A DNA stretch of 64,000 nucleotides from Spirochaetia bacterium (GTDB lineage: Bacteria > Spirochaetota > Spirochaetia > UBA9216). The stretch is from positions 1,696,001 through 1,760,000 of the forward strand of contig CAXXYH010000004.1 in the NCBI GenBank assembly GCA_963677925.2, read 5' to 3'. Shown here piece by piece: positions 9,950-19,431 of this stretch. The notes under the pieces were generated by a model, which saw nothing but the letters and a program-made list of their open reading frames with translations, was not told where the DNA came from and made no database searches. Position numbers and translations under genes: made by a program. Numbering within the stretch: position 1 is the stretch's first letter; each line of letters starts with the position of its first letter.

Positions 9950-10605
9950 CAGAAGCCGATGCCAGAATAATTCTGCGTGATGCAGGATTCCGCTTTGTGG
10001 AATCAGGCCTGACTACCGGAACCTGGGGAAATATCAGTCTGCGGTTTTCAAATGATGAGATGCTTGTTACGCCCAGCGGCGCCGATTATCTGTCGATACA
10101 GCCGGCAGACCTTACTCTTGTAAAAATATCTGATGACAGCTGGAGCGGTTCTGCTAAACCTTCCAGCGAATACAAGCTGCATTCTGCAATTTACCGTGAC
10201 CGAAGGGATATTAATGCTGTCATCCACACTCACAGTACGAATGCCAGTGTTGCCGCCGCGGCCAGACGCGAGGTTCCGCCGGTGCTTGATGATCTTGCCC
10301 AGATTATCGGACCGACAGTAAGGGTTGCCGATTATGCTTTGCCAAGTACGAAGGCAATTGTGAAAAAGACACTGAAGGCGCTTAAGGGGCGGAATGCGGC
10401 TTTGATGGCCAATCACGGTGCAGTCTGTCTGGGCCGGGATATCGATGAGGTATTTACTGCAGCGGAGGTTCTTGAGAAGGGCTGTAAAGCCTTTATTGAA
10501 GCAGAATTCCTGGGCGGGGCAAAATCAATAAATAAGTTTGAGGCCGGACTGATGCATCAGATCTACCTTAAAAAATATTCAAAAATCAGGATGAAAGAAA
10601 AATGA
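9946..10605 (+). CDS. Class II aldolase, L-fuculose-1-phosphate aldolase-like
   Basis: GNIS, TPSG, PSSE (catalytic Glu), HTHS and NHG Zn ligands. Confidence 0.88.
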   Translation: MTEADARIILRDAGFRFVESGLTTGTWGNISLRFSNDEMLVTPSGADYLSIQPADLTLVKISDDSWSGSAKPSSEYKLHSAIYRDRRDINAVIHTHSTNASVAAAARREVPPVLDDLAQIIGPTVRVADYALPSTKAIVKKTLKALKGRNAALMANHGAVCLGRDIDEVFTAAEVLEKGCKAFIEAEFLGGAKSINKFEAGLMHQIYLKKYSKIRMKEK

Positions 10606-12206
10606 AAAGCGAAACCTGCATCCTTGCTTATGATATAGGAACTACGAGTATCAAAACCTGTCTGTACCGGACCGGTGATGTGTTTGAACTGCTTGGGAGC
10701 TCGATGCAGGAATATTCCATTACAATATCTGCCGGCGGTGCTGCGGAGCAGAATCCTGAGAACTGGATAGAGGCCCTTACCGCGACCACACAGGAAGTGA
10801 TAAACGAATCAGGCATGGATCCTGCGGCTGTAACAGCTGTTTCATTTTCATCGCAGATGCAGGGTCTGGTTCTTACCGATGCTGAAGGCCTCCCGGTAAG
10901 GCCTGCGATGAGTTATATGGATCAGCGGGCCGTGAAGCAGAAGGCTGATTTCGGCCGCGGATTAAAAATCGAGGGGATCCCGGTATTTACTCTTCTTTCA
11001 AGCATTAAAATTACAGGAATTGCTCCTACAAGCGTAAAAGATCCGCTTTGGAAGTATCACTGGGTAAAGGAAAATGAGCCTGAGGTTTTTAAAAAGACTG
11101 CATACTGGTTTGACGTAAAGGATTTTATAATCTTCAGGCTTACCGGAAAGGCTGTTGCCACAAGGGATTCCGCCTGTGCAGCAGGTCTGTTTGACAACCG
11201 TCCGGGTAGAAACTGCTGGAGCAAATCCCTGTGCAGACGATACGGAGTTAATTTTGAGCATCTTCCCTCTATTATAGAATCACATGAACCGGCCGGGGTT
11301 CTGCTTCCGGAATGGGCTGAGGCTATGGGTTTGGCGCCGGGTACAATCGTATTCGGCGGCGGCGGAGATGCTTCGATGATAGGGCTTGGCGCCGGAGCGG
11401 TCAGTGAAAACTCAGCCCACATCTACATGGGAACTTCAGGCTGGGTCTCTGCCGTTACAAAGCAGCGAAGGCTTGATCTTGAGCACAAAATTGCATCCAT
11501 AACATGCGCTGTTCCCGATCGCTATCATTATTTCTGTGAGCAGGAAACCTCAGGGAAATGCCTGGAGTGGGTGAAGGATCATCTTGCACTTGATGAAATC
11601 GGAATCTACCTTAAGAAAACTTCGGTGACTGATGATCCGGAATCGATATACAGAAATCTTTTTGAATACCTCAATGAGGTAATCGGTGATACTGAACCCG
11701 GCTGTGACGGGGTCATTTTTACTCCCTGGCTTCACGGAAGCCGTTCTCCATTTGAGGATCCGAACGCCAGGGGGATCTTTTTCAATATAGGACTGAGCAG
11801 CGGAAAGAGAGACATGATAAGGGCTGTTGTTGAAGGCCTTGCCTACAGTACCAGGTGGATGCTTGAAAGCATTGAAACAAGGGTAAGATGCAATAAACGG
11901 CTGAGATTTGCAGGCGGCGGAGCTCTTTCTCCGGTAACTGCACAGATAATGGCTGATATCACCGGGCATGAAATTGAAGTTCCCGAGAATCCTCATAATG
12001 CCGGAGCTCTCGGGGCCGCCCTTACGGCAGCCTTCGGGCTTGGAATGATATCCTCCTTTGATGAAATACCCTCAAGAATTAAGCAGCAGGATGTGTATTG
12101 CCCCGATCTTAGCAATAAGCCGGTTTATGATCGCAACTATAAAGTTTTCAAAAATTTATATAAACAGAACAGGACCTTATTCTCAATGATGAACAGCTGC
12201 GGTTAA
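10602..12206 (+). CDS. FGGY family carbohydrate kinase
   Basis: YDIGTTSIK, SQMQG, DQRA, GGGD, MGTSGW, GSRSP..D..ARG, GGGA. Confidence 0.92.
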   Translation: MKSETCILAYDIGTTSIKTCLYRTGDVFELLGSSMQEYSITISAGGAAEQNPENWIEALTATTQEVINESGMDPAAVTAVSFSSQMQGLVLTDAEGLPVRPAMSYMDQRAVKQKADFGRGLKIEGIPVFTLLSSIKITGIAPTSVKDPLWKYHWVKENEPEVFKKTAYWFDVKDFIIFRLTGKAVATRDSACAAGLFDNRPGRNCWSKSLCRRYGVNFEHLPSIIESHEPAGVLLPEWAEAMGLAPGTIVFGGGGDASMIGLGAGAVSENSAHIYMGTSGWVSAVTKQRRLDLEHKIASITCAVPDRYHYFCEQETSGKCLEWVKDHLALDEIGIYLKKTSVTDDPESIYRNLFEYLNEVIGDTEPGCDGVIFTPWLHGSRSPFEDPNARGIFFNIGLSSGKRDMIRAVVEGLAYSTRWMLESIETRVRCNKRLRFAGGGALSPVTAQIMADITGHEIEVPENPHNAGALGAALTAAFGLGMISSFDEIPSRIKQQDVYCPDLSNKPVYDRNYKVFKNLYKQNRTLFSMMNSCG

Positions 12207-12225
12207 ACAGGTCCGGGAGGAAGTA

Positions 12226-13503
12226 ATGCAGGAAGATTACAAGGTATACGGTTACAGGTGGGTGGTTCTTGCCGCCTTCATGGCAGTCACTGTGGTGATA
12301 GAGATACAGTGGCTTGCGCATGCCTCGGTGGCCCGGGCTGCTGAAGCTTTCTACATAGGCCAGTTCAGTCCGGATTCGGTTGTTAATATTGATTTTCTGG
12401 CAATGTCGTATATGTTTGTTTTTTTAATTATATGTATTCCTGCTTCATATGTGATCGACACCTTCGGAATAAAAACCGGACTTGGAATAGGCTGTGTCCT
12501 TACAGCTGCATTCAGCCTGCTCAAGGGCTTCGGTGGAGGAAGTTTTAATCTGGTTATGATTGCCCAGATGGGACTGGCTGTAGCCCAGCCTTTTATTCTT
12601 AATGCCGTGACTGCCGTCACAGTCCGGTGGTTTCCTCTTGAAGAACGGGGAACAGCTGCGGGACTTGCCGCGCTTGCCCAGTATATAGGGATAGCCATAG
12701 CCATGGCTGTGACGCCGATGCTTGTTTCAGGTTCTCCTTCCGACCCCGACTACGGACAGGGAATTGATACCATGCTGATGATCTATGGTCTTATCAGCGC
12801 TGTGACTGCAGTTGCGGCATTCGTGCTTATCAAGGAAAAGCCTCCGACACAGCCTTCCGGTGAAGAGTATGTTCATACCAAATTTTCCGAAGGATTCAAA
12901 TATATCTTCGGAAGCAGGGACATGGTTCTGACCATCGTTCTGTTTTTTATCGGCCTCGGGATATTCAACGCTGTAAGTTCAATGGTTGACTCAATTTCAG
13001 GCGCACTGGGAGTGGATGACTCGGACGGCATGATCGGTGTGCTGATGATCGTCGGAGGAGTTATAGGTGCGATTTTAATTCCGATGCTTTCAGATAAGTT
13101 CCGCAAGCGGAAACTGTTTCTTGTTATATGCATGGCCGGTATGATTCCCGGGGTTGCAGGTCTTGCTTTTTCAGACATCCTGTTCAGTTCTGCTGATGCT
13201 GTCTATACAGCGGCTCTTGTTTCGGCCTTCGTCCTCGGTTTCTTTGTTATGAGTGCAGGTCCGGTCGGTTTTCAGTATGCCGCTGAAGTCAGTTACCCGG
13301 CTCCCGAATCCAGCTCACAGGGGCTTCTCCTTCTTGCAGGCCAGATCACCGGTCTTGTTTTTACAGCGCTTATGAGCCTCAGGAGCAATCAGTACCTCGG
13401 TACAATGATGAGTCTTTTCAGTCTTCTTGCAGTCGCCGCACTGATTCTGATACTTATGGTGAAGGAATCACCTATGATGGGTGTATCTGCTAAAAAAGAG
13501 TAG
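12226..13503 (+). CDS. MFS transporter resembling the FLVCR/SLC49 family
   Basis: N-terminal YKVYGYRWVVL, WFPLEERGTA, C-terminal PVGFQYAAEVSYPAPESSSQGLL; about 12 TM segments. Confidence 0.85.
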   Translation: MQEDYKVYGYRWVVLAAFMAVTVVIEIQWLAHASVARAAEAFYIGQFSPDSVVNIDFLAMSYMFVFLIICIPASYVIDTFGIKTGLGIGCVLTAAFSLLKGFGGGSFNLVMIAQMGLAVAQPFILNAVTAVTVRWFPLEERGTAAGLAALAQYIGIAIAMAVTPMLVSGSPSDPDYGQGIDTMLMIYGLISAVTAVAAFVLIKEKPPTQPSGEEYVHTKFSEGFKYIFGSRDMVLTIVLFFIGLGIFNAVSSMVDSISGALGVDDSDGMIGVLMIVGGVIGAILIPMLSDKFRKRKLFLVICMAGMIPGVAGLAFSDILFSSADAVYTAALVSAFVLGFFVMSAGPVGFQYAAEVSYPAPESSSQGLLLLAGQITGLVFTALMSLRSNQYLGTMMSLFSLLAVAALILILMVKESPMMGVSAKKE

Positions 13504-13884
13504 CGCCTGCAATACTTTCAGGTTCTGACTCAGATTCTGATATTACAATAAGTTCTTTAAGGTTCCGATGCAGAACCTCTATGTTCATATTTATTTCAGA
13601 TGCGGAACCTGCAACTTTCTGGTTTTCCTGTTTCAGACTCTGAATAGAATGCATGATTACGTTTCCGCTGGAGGATATTTCCTGTGCCTCACTTGAATCA
13701 TCAATGATACTGCGGGCCTGCTGGGTGCAGGCATCGATACATACGCCGCATCCGATGCATCGGTCGTGTAATATTTTTACGTATCACCGGAACCGTCAAT
13801 ACAGAAATTAACCGGACATACAGAGATACACATGTGACAGCTGTTGCATTTTTCGATATCAACATTAATGACTGGTTTTAGCAT
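13490..13884 (-). pseudogene. Frameshifted, apparently internally deleted 2x[4Fe-4S] / MCP-tail sensor remnant
   Basis: ATG 13884 gives MLKPVINVDIEKCNSCHMCISVCPVNFCIDGSGDT*. Shifting frame near 13780 continues VKILHDRCIGCGVCIDACTQQARSIIDD, then a coiled-coil tail, stop at 13490. Confidence 0.75.
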
Positions 13885-14103
13885 TTCTTTACCTTGATTA
13901 AAACGTTAACGTATTTATTAAGCACATCGATAATCTATCATGTGAGTATTAAGCAAAAATTAAAAAATAATTAAAAAGAATTAAATATAGTTTAAAAAAA
14001 TTAGTTTATTTGTCATTTCAATTTTGTTCCCCTATAATAATATACAGAAAGCTGATGTATTGAATGCCGTAAAAGTTTAGTTTTTAAAGTAGCGGAGTTC
14101 CGG

Positions 14104-15924
14104 ATGAAAATATTCTCAAAAATCCTGGTATCAATACTGATAATGATTCTAGGATTTTTTTCAGCCTTCGCAGTGTTATTATATTCCTATAGCTATACTG
14201 AGAAGGTTCAAAATATTAGAGAGACTTCACTTCTCTGTATTAACTACTATACCAGGATGAATGATCGTACCTTAGCTCTTCTTTCAAGTGATATTTCTCT
14301 TGAGATCATGTATTTTCAGTGGCAGCAGTCTGTCAGTGATTTTAAGGAGATTTATCAAATAATGCAGACTCATCCTTCAAGGAATCTGTTTTCAGATAAA
14401 TCTGATGACCAGCTTAATCAGATAGAAACTTTGTGGATGCTGCAGCTGGATATTTTTAAAGAGTTATACAATGATTTTTCTATAATTTTTACTTCTGATA
14501 ATTTTTTTGATTCCGAAAAAACAGGTATACTTCTTATGATCCAGGCAGATCGAAACAGAGGGTCTGATTCGGGTAAAGATTTTGCTACTCTCATCAGGAT
14601 TAGGAAGAACCTCGAATCACTTTCGCAGGTTTATTCAGAAAGAATGCTGGATGCTCTTTCCTTAAACTCTGAGAATTTAAACACTGAAATTATTATGTCC
14701 AACAATAGAAGAATGAAAATATCAATGACTATTGTTGCGTTGATTGTAGTCTTTACCATTTATATATCTGTAAAATTCAGTCAAAAGCTATGGGATTCAA
14801 TGAGGCTGAAAAATGAGGAGCTTGAACTCAAGGTTTATGAACGGACTGCCCAGCTTGAGGAATCAAACAGTGAACTTGAGACTGCTAATAATAACCTTAT
14901 CAGAACAAATACGAAACTTGAAACGGCAATGAACTCACTCAAGCAGACACAGGACCAGCTGATATTTTCCGAAAAAAAAGCAGTTCTTGGACAGCTGGCT
15001 GCAGGACTTTCTCATGAAGTTAATACACCGCTTGGAGCAATCAAATCATCTACCAGGACGCTCAGGAATCAGCTTGATGAAATTCTTAAGGCAATTAGCG
15101 GTGAAATAATTGAATGGGACTCAAAGGAGGTTGAAGCGTTTAAAGTGCTGATTCTGGGAATACAGAAGGATAAAGAAGGTATGTTTCTTTCTGCTGATCG
15201 TCATCTTAGGAATATCGTTAAAGCCGGTCTTGTTGAAAATGGAATAAATAATCCGGAGCTGTTCTCTCATTATTTTATGGAACTGAAATTTCACCCGGAA
15301 GATCTGGAGAAGTTTATAAAAATTTTAAAACTGAAGCATGGATACGGAATAGTCACAACAGCCTCAATTATATCCACCCTGTATTCGATAGGTGAAGTTA
15401 TTGAAAGCTCCGAAGAGAAGATGTCCGTTGTAATAAAATCTCTCAGAGCTCTTGCTTATACAGAATCCGAAGGAGTCCTTACAGCAGTAAATCCTGCAGA
15501 ATCAATTGATAATGTACTCAAACTCTATTTCACCAAAACTGTCGGTAATGTGGCAATTGCAAAATTCTATAATTCGGAGAAAAAGATTATCTGCTTCGAA
15601 GATCAGCTGAATCTAATCTGGATAAATCTGATCAACAACGCCCTTCAGGCGATGCGCTATTCCGGCAGACTTGAGATCAAAATAAATGAAGTTCCGGATG
15701 GTCTTTCTGTCTCATTTACAGATACCGGGCCAGGAATACCTGAAGAAATACAGTCGATGATTTTTAATTCCTTTTTTACCACCAAGAAATACGGAGAGGG
15801 GAGCGGAATAGGCCTTAATCTGGTAAAGAATATTCTGAACAGGATAGACGGTGATGTAACTTTCAGCAGTATACCCGGTAATACTGTTTTTTCAATACTA
15901 TTCAGGAGGATTGATGAAGGGTAA
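14104..15924 (+). CDS. Membrane sensor histidine kinase (NtrB-like core)
   Basis: Two TM segments flanking an extracytoplasmic domain; H-box SHEVNTPL, N-box NLINNA, DTGPG, FFTTK, GSGIGL. Confidence 0.93.
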   Translation: MKIFSKILVSILIMILGFFSAFAVLLYSYSYTEKVQNIRETSLLCINYYTRMNDRTLALLSSDISLEIMYFQWQQSVSDFKEIYQIMQTHPSRNLFSDKSDDQLNQIETLWMLQLDIFKELYNDFSIIFTSDNFFDSEKTGILLMIQADRNRGSDSGKDFATLIRIRKNLESLSQVYSERMLDALSLNSENLNTEIIMSNNRRMKISMTIVALIVVFTIYISVKFSQKLWDSMRLKNEELELKVYERTAQLEESNSELETANNNLIRTNTKLETAMNSLKQTQDQLIFSEKKAVLGQLAAGLSHEVNTPLGAIKSSTRTLRNQLDEILKAISGEIIEWDSKEVEAFKVLILGIQKDKEGMFLSADRHLRNIVKAGLVENGINNPELFSHYFMELKFHPEDLEKFIKILKLKHGYGIVTTASIISTLYSIGEVIESSEEKMSVVIKSLRALAYTESEGVLTAVNPAESIDNVLKLYFTKTVGNVAIAKFYNSEKKIICFEDQLNLIWINLINNALQAMRYSGRLEIKINEVPDGLSVSFTDTGPGIPEEIQSMIFNSFFTTKKYGEGSGIGLNLVKNILNRIDGDVTFSSIPGNTVFSILFRRIDEG

Positions 15925-16303
15925 ATATATTATATGCGTTGATGATGAAGCCATTATTCTCTATGCATTAAAGCTGGAGCTTATGAATTATTTCGGCGGA
16001 AAATTTTCATATGAAACTGCCGTAAACGGAATTGAAGCTCTGGAGATTATTGATGAAATTTACGAAGAAGGCGGTTCTGTTTTCCTCATCATTTCCGACT
16101 GGGTCATGCCCGGTATGAGCGGTGATGAATTTCTTCTGAAAGCTGATGAAAAGCATCCTGAAACACATAAAATGATAATAACCGGACAGAGAGATGATGG
16201 TGCTATATCAGCTTTGAGAGAAAAGCTCAGACTTGAGAGCGTAATAACCAAACCATGGGACTTCAGTCAGATTGCTGAGAAAATAGAAGAACTGTCCGGT
16301 TAG
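15911..16303 (+). CDS. Single-domain response regulator
   Basis: CVDDE, SDWVMPGMSG, ITG, TKPW; no output domain. Confidence 0.92.
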   Translation: MMKGKYIICVDDEAIILYALKLELMNYFGGKFSYETAVNGIEALEIIDEIYEEGGSVFLIISDWVMPGMSGDEFLLKADEKHPETHKMIITGQRDDGAISALREKLRLESVITKPWDFSQIAEKIEELSG

Positions 16304-16309
16304 GCTGAT

Positions 16310-17698
16310 ATGAAAACATCGCTTATTTTTATTCTTATTGCCGGTTTAGCCTTCTTTTCGGGATGCGGTACCAAAAAATCCTCCACAGAACAGAAAATAG
16401 AACCCTCTGTAGAATCTCTGGGTTTCAGCTGGGAATCTCAGTCCGGTGAAGTAATAGAAGTAGAATTTAATCAGCATCCCTATTCCGAAGCTGTAATAAA
16501 GCATCTCCGGAAATTTGAGAACCTTACGGGGATTAAAGTTAATTACTCTTTCACACCTGAAGAAAACTATTTTGACAGAATAAACTACATGCTCGAATCT
16601 GAATCCGGAAATCCCGATGTCTTTATGACCGGCGCGTATCAGATTTGGGACTACAGTGCGAGAAGTCTTCTTGCTGATTTTGACGATTTCCTCGAAGACA
16701 GTCGAATCACATCCGAAGATTACGACGTGCTGGATTTCTTTCCCAACATCATAGGAGCATTCAGGTGGGATACCGTCACAGGTCATCGTCCCGGAAACGG
16801 TCCGCTCTGGGCCATTCCAATGGGATTTGAGCAGTATGTTCTTGCATACAACAAAAGAATCTTTGATGAAATGGGTCTGTCTCCGCCTGCTACGATGAAG
16901 CAGCTGCTTGAGCTCTGTTATTCACTTGATGGGTTCGGAGGTCCGGGAACTTATGCTATTGCATTGCGGGGAACGGGAAACTGGGCAACCATACATCCCG
17001 GTTTTATGACTACGTATGCCAATTACGGTGCTGTGGATTTTCTGCTTAATGACGGCAGACTTGTCTCAGCCGTAGATTCGGTACAGTCAGTGGAGATGAT
17101 CAGCAAATGGATAGAAATTATCCGGGCCGGAGCTTCTCCGCAATGGCCGTCATATACCTGGTATCATGCTTCAAAAGATTTTGGTGCCGGAAAAGCTGCA
17201 ATGCTTTTTGATGCAGATATTGTCAGTTATTTTCAGAATGTTGAGGGAGCTTCCCGTGAATCTGGAAATATAGCCTGGGTAAAAGCTCCGATGCCGGAAT
17301 CGGCGCTGGGAATGAGTTCAAAGTCAAATCTATGGGTGTGGGGGCTTGCAATTAACAGCAGGTCTAAGAGTAAAAACGCTGCATGGATGTTTGTGCAATA
17401 TTTTACAGGAAGAGAATTCCAGCTTGATGCTGCTGTCAGTGCCAAATCCGTTAATCCGCCGCGTCAATCTGTTTTCTATGATCCTGCGTTCATCGAAATG
17501 ATAAGTGAAGCTGAAACTTATCTTGAAGCTTTTAATGCAACAATTGATGGTACTTCAATTCTTTTTACTCCCGAACCCTACTTTTTTGAATTTGCGACAG
17601 AATGGGCGGAGCTCCTGCGGATGCTTGCAGAAGATGAAACTCTGTCTGTAGAGGATGAACTTATAAAGTTTAAAGAGAGAATTGATCTGCTGTTCTAA
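16310..17698 (+). CDS. Sugar ABC-type solute-binding lipoprotein
   Basis: Lipobox FSGC; LAYNKRIF, FGAGKAAM, WGLAINSRSKSKNAAWMF. Confidence 0.88.
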   Translation: MKTSLIFILIAGLAFFSGCGTKKSSTEQKIEPSVESLGFSWESQSGEVIEVEFNQHPYSEAVIKHLRKFENLTGIKVNYSFTPEENYFDRINYMLESESGNPDVFMTGAYQIWDYSARSLLADFDDFLEDSRITSEDYDVLDFFPNIIGAFRWDTVTGHRPGNGPLWAIPMGFEQYVLAYNKRIFDEMGLSPPATMKQLLELCYSLDGFGGPGTYAIALRGTGNWATIHPGFMTTYANYGAVDFLLNDGRLVSAVDSVQSVEMISKWIEIIRAGASPQWPSYTWYHASKDFGAGKAAMLFDADIVSYFQNVEGASRESGNIAWVKAPMPESALGMSSKSNLWVWGLAINSRSKSKNAAWMFVQYFTGREFQLDAAVSAKSVNPPRQSVFYDPAFIEMISEAETYLEAFNATIDGTSILFTPEPYFFEFATEWAELLRMLAEDETLSVEDELIKFKERIDLLF

Positions 17699-17711
17699 TT
17701 CAGGCTCTTAC

Positions 17712-18191
17712 TCAGACGGTCCGGTTTATATAGGACGAATAATCCTTGAGTACCGGTTTATAGTCAGATTTGAACAGGGGTGATGAGATCATATAGTCAG
17801 CTGTAGATCTGTTGTTTGCAATCGGTACATTATACAGAACCGCAATTCTGGTAAGTGCTTTAACATCAACATCATGGGGCTGGGGTTCCATTGGATCCCA
17901 GAGAAATATCATAATATCGATTTTCCCTTCTGATATCAGCGCTCCAAGCTGCTGATCCCCGCCGAGTGGTCCCGATTTCATCTTTTCAAGCTTCAGATCC
18001 TTCTCTGTGAAATTATTGTTTTCAGAATCTCTGGCAATTTTTGCAAGAATGGCCTGTTCAACCAGGCTTCCTGTGGTTCCAGTGCAGTAAAGTTTGTGAG
18101 GGATCAGTGTTTCCCAGTTGAATTCGACCCATTCAATAAGGTCTTTTTTCCGGTTATCGTGAGCCACAAGGGCAATTTTTTTCTGTTTCAT
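17712..18191 (-). CDS. mgsA: Methylglyoxal synthase
   Basis: IALVAHD..K, TGTTG, SGPLGGDQQ, PHDVDVKAL. Confidence 0.97.
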   Translation of the reverse strand: MKQKKIALVAHDNRKKDLIEWVEFNWETLIPHKLYCTGTTGSLVEQAILAKIARDSENNNFTEKDLKLEKMKSGPLGGDQQLGALISEGKIDIMIFLWDPMEPQPHDVDVKALTRIAVLYNVPIANNRSTADYMISSPLFKSDYKPVLKDYSSYINRTV

Positions 18192-18219
18192 GATTGAATA
18201 ATAACCCCTAAGGTTTTAT

Positions 18220-19287
18220 CTATTCAACCTCAATCCGGTTCCTTCCGAGGCTTTTTGCCCTGTAAAGGGCCTTGTCGGCACGGCTGAACATAGTATCCAG
18301 CCTGTCTCCTGCAAGACCTTCAGTGAGACCGATGCTGACCGTTATTTGGCGGCCAATCCCGAAGTTGTATTTTGAGACTGTTTCAAGGATACGGCCTGCA
18401 ACAATCAAACCTGCATCCAGATCCTGTCCGGTGAGGATGGCTATAAACTCCTCACCGCCCCATCGGTAGGAGGAATCGCCCTCTCTCAGGCTGCTGTCAA
18501 GAAGGACTGAAAACTCCTTTAAAACGCGATCGCCCTCTTCATGTCCGAAATCATCATTGACCGATTTAAAGAGATCAAGGTCTATTATCATCATTGTCCG
18601 TACAGTTTCCGATGTAAGGCCGCGGGTATATAATTCTTCAAGTTTTCTGCGGTTGGCCAGTCCGGTAAGCGGATCTGTCAGCGCCAGGGCTTCAAGCTTC
18701 TGCGATTCGTGAATTTCCTTCTCAATGATTCTTGTGACAAAATCGGCTGTAAGAGTAAAAATAATTCCGCTTGCTATGGCATAAAGGGTCTGGGTAAAGG
18801 CTGATTCCGGAAGTCTTCCCATACGGATGTAGTATGAAACAATAAACGGACGGCAGATCAGCAGAATATTGAAATAGGTATAGATGAAATAAGTCTGAAT
18901 TCTGTAAAGGAAAATTACGCTGATTGCCAGTACGACCAGATAGTACTGAGAGTAGAAGTGCACCGATTCGGGAATAAAAAAGACCTGAATCCCCCTGAGG
19001 CAGCCCAGTGCGGTAAGGGCCCAAGATATAAATTTAATTTTTCCGGTTCTGAGAATAATGATTAATGTAAGGATAATGAGGTAGTAGAGAAAGTAGGACA
19101 GAATTTCAATGGGTTTAACATCAGTAGTGATAAAATCAATAATTATAGTCGGTATGATGTACAGCAGCAGAAGCAGCATAAAGGCTGATGAGTATTCGGC
19201 CTTTCTTCTTTCATAGAAGCTGTAGCCATCGTATCTTCCGAGTATAAATCTGCTCCATTTTTCACGGATCTGCCTTAAAAAATCCAT
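18220..19287 (-). CDS. Membrane diguanylate cyclase (GGDEF)
   Basis: Multi-TM N-terminus; TDPLTGLANRR, DLDLFKSVND, RWGGEEF. Start chosen at ATG 19287. Confidence 0.92.
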   Translation of the reverse strand: MDFLRQIREKWSRFILGRYDGYSFYERRKAEYSSAFMLLLLLYIIPTIIIDFITTDVKPIEILSYFLYYLIILTLIIILRTGKIKFISWALTALGCLRGIQVFFIPESVHFYSQYYLVVLAISVIFLYRIQTYFIYTYFNILLICRPFIVSYYIRMGRLPESAFTQTLYAIASGIIFTLTADFVTRIIEKEIHESQKLEALALTDPLTGLANRRKLEELYTRGLTSETVRTMMIIDLDLFKSVNDDFGHEEGDRVLKEFSVLLDSSLREGDSSYRWGGEEFIAILTGQDLDAGLIVAGRILETVSKYNFGIGRQITVSIGLTEGLAGDRLDTMFSRADKALYRAKSLGRNRIEVE

Positions 19288-19431
19288 TAAAACAACTATA
19301 AACCAATATGCAGTGCTAATCAATTTGTTAAAGTTTATAGCTAATTGTTATGAAGTTTATGCAGTAATTGAATTAGACAGCAGGTATCCCATAATTTATA
19401 ATTGCCGGAGTCTATTTTATAGGAGAAGTGA

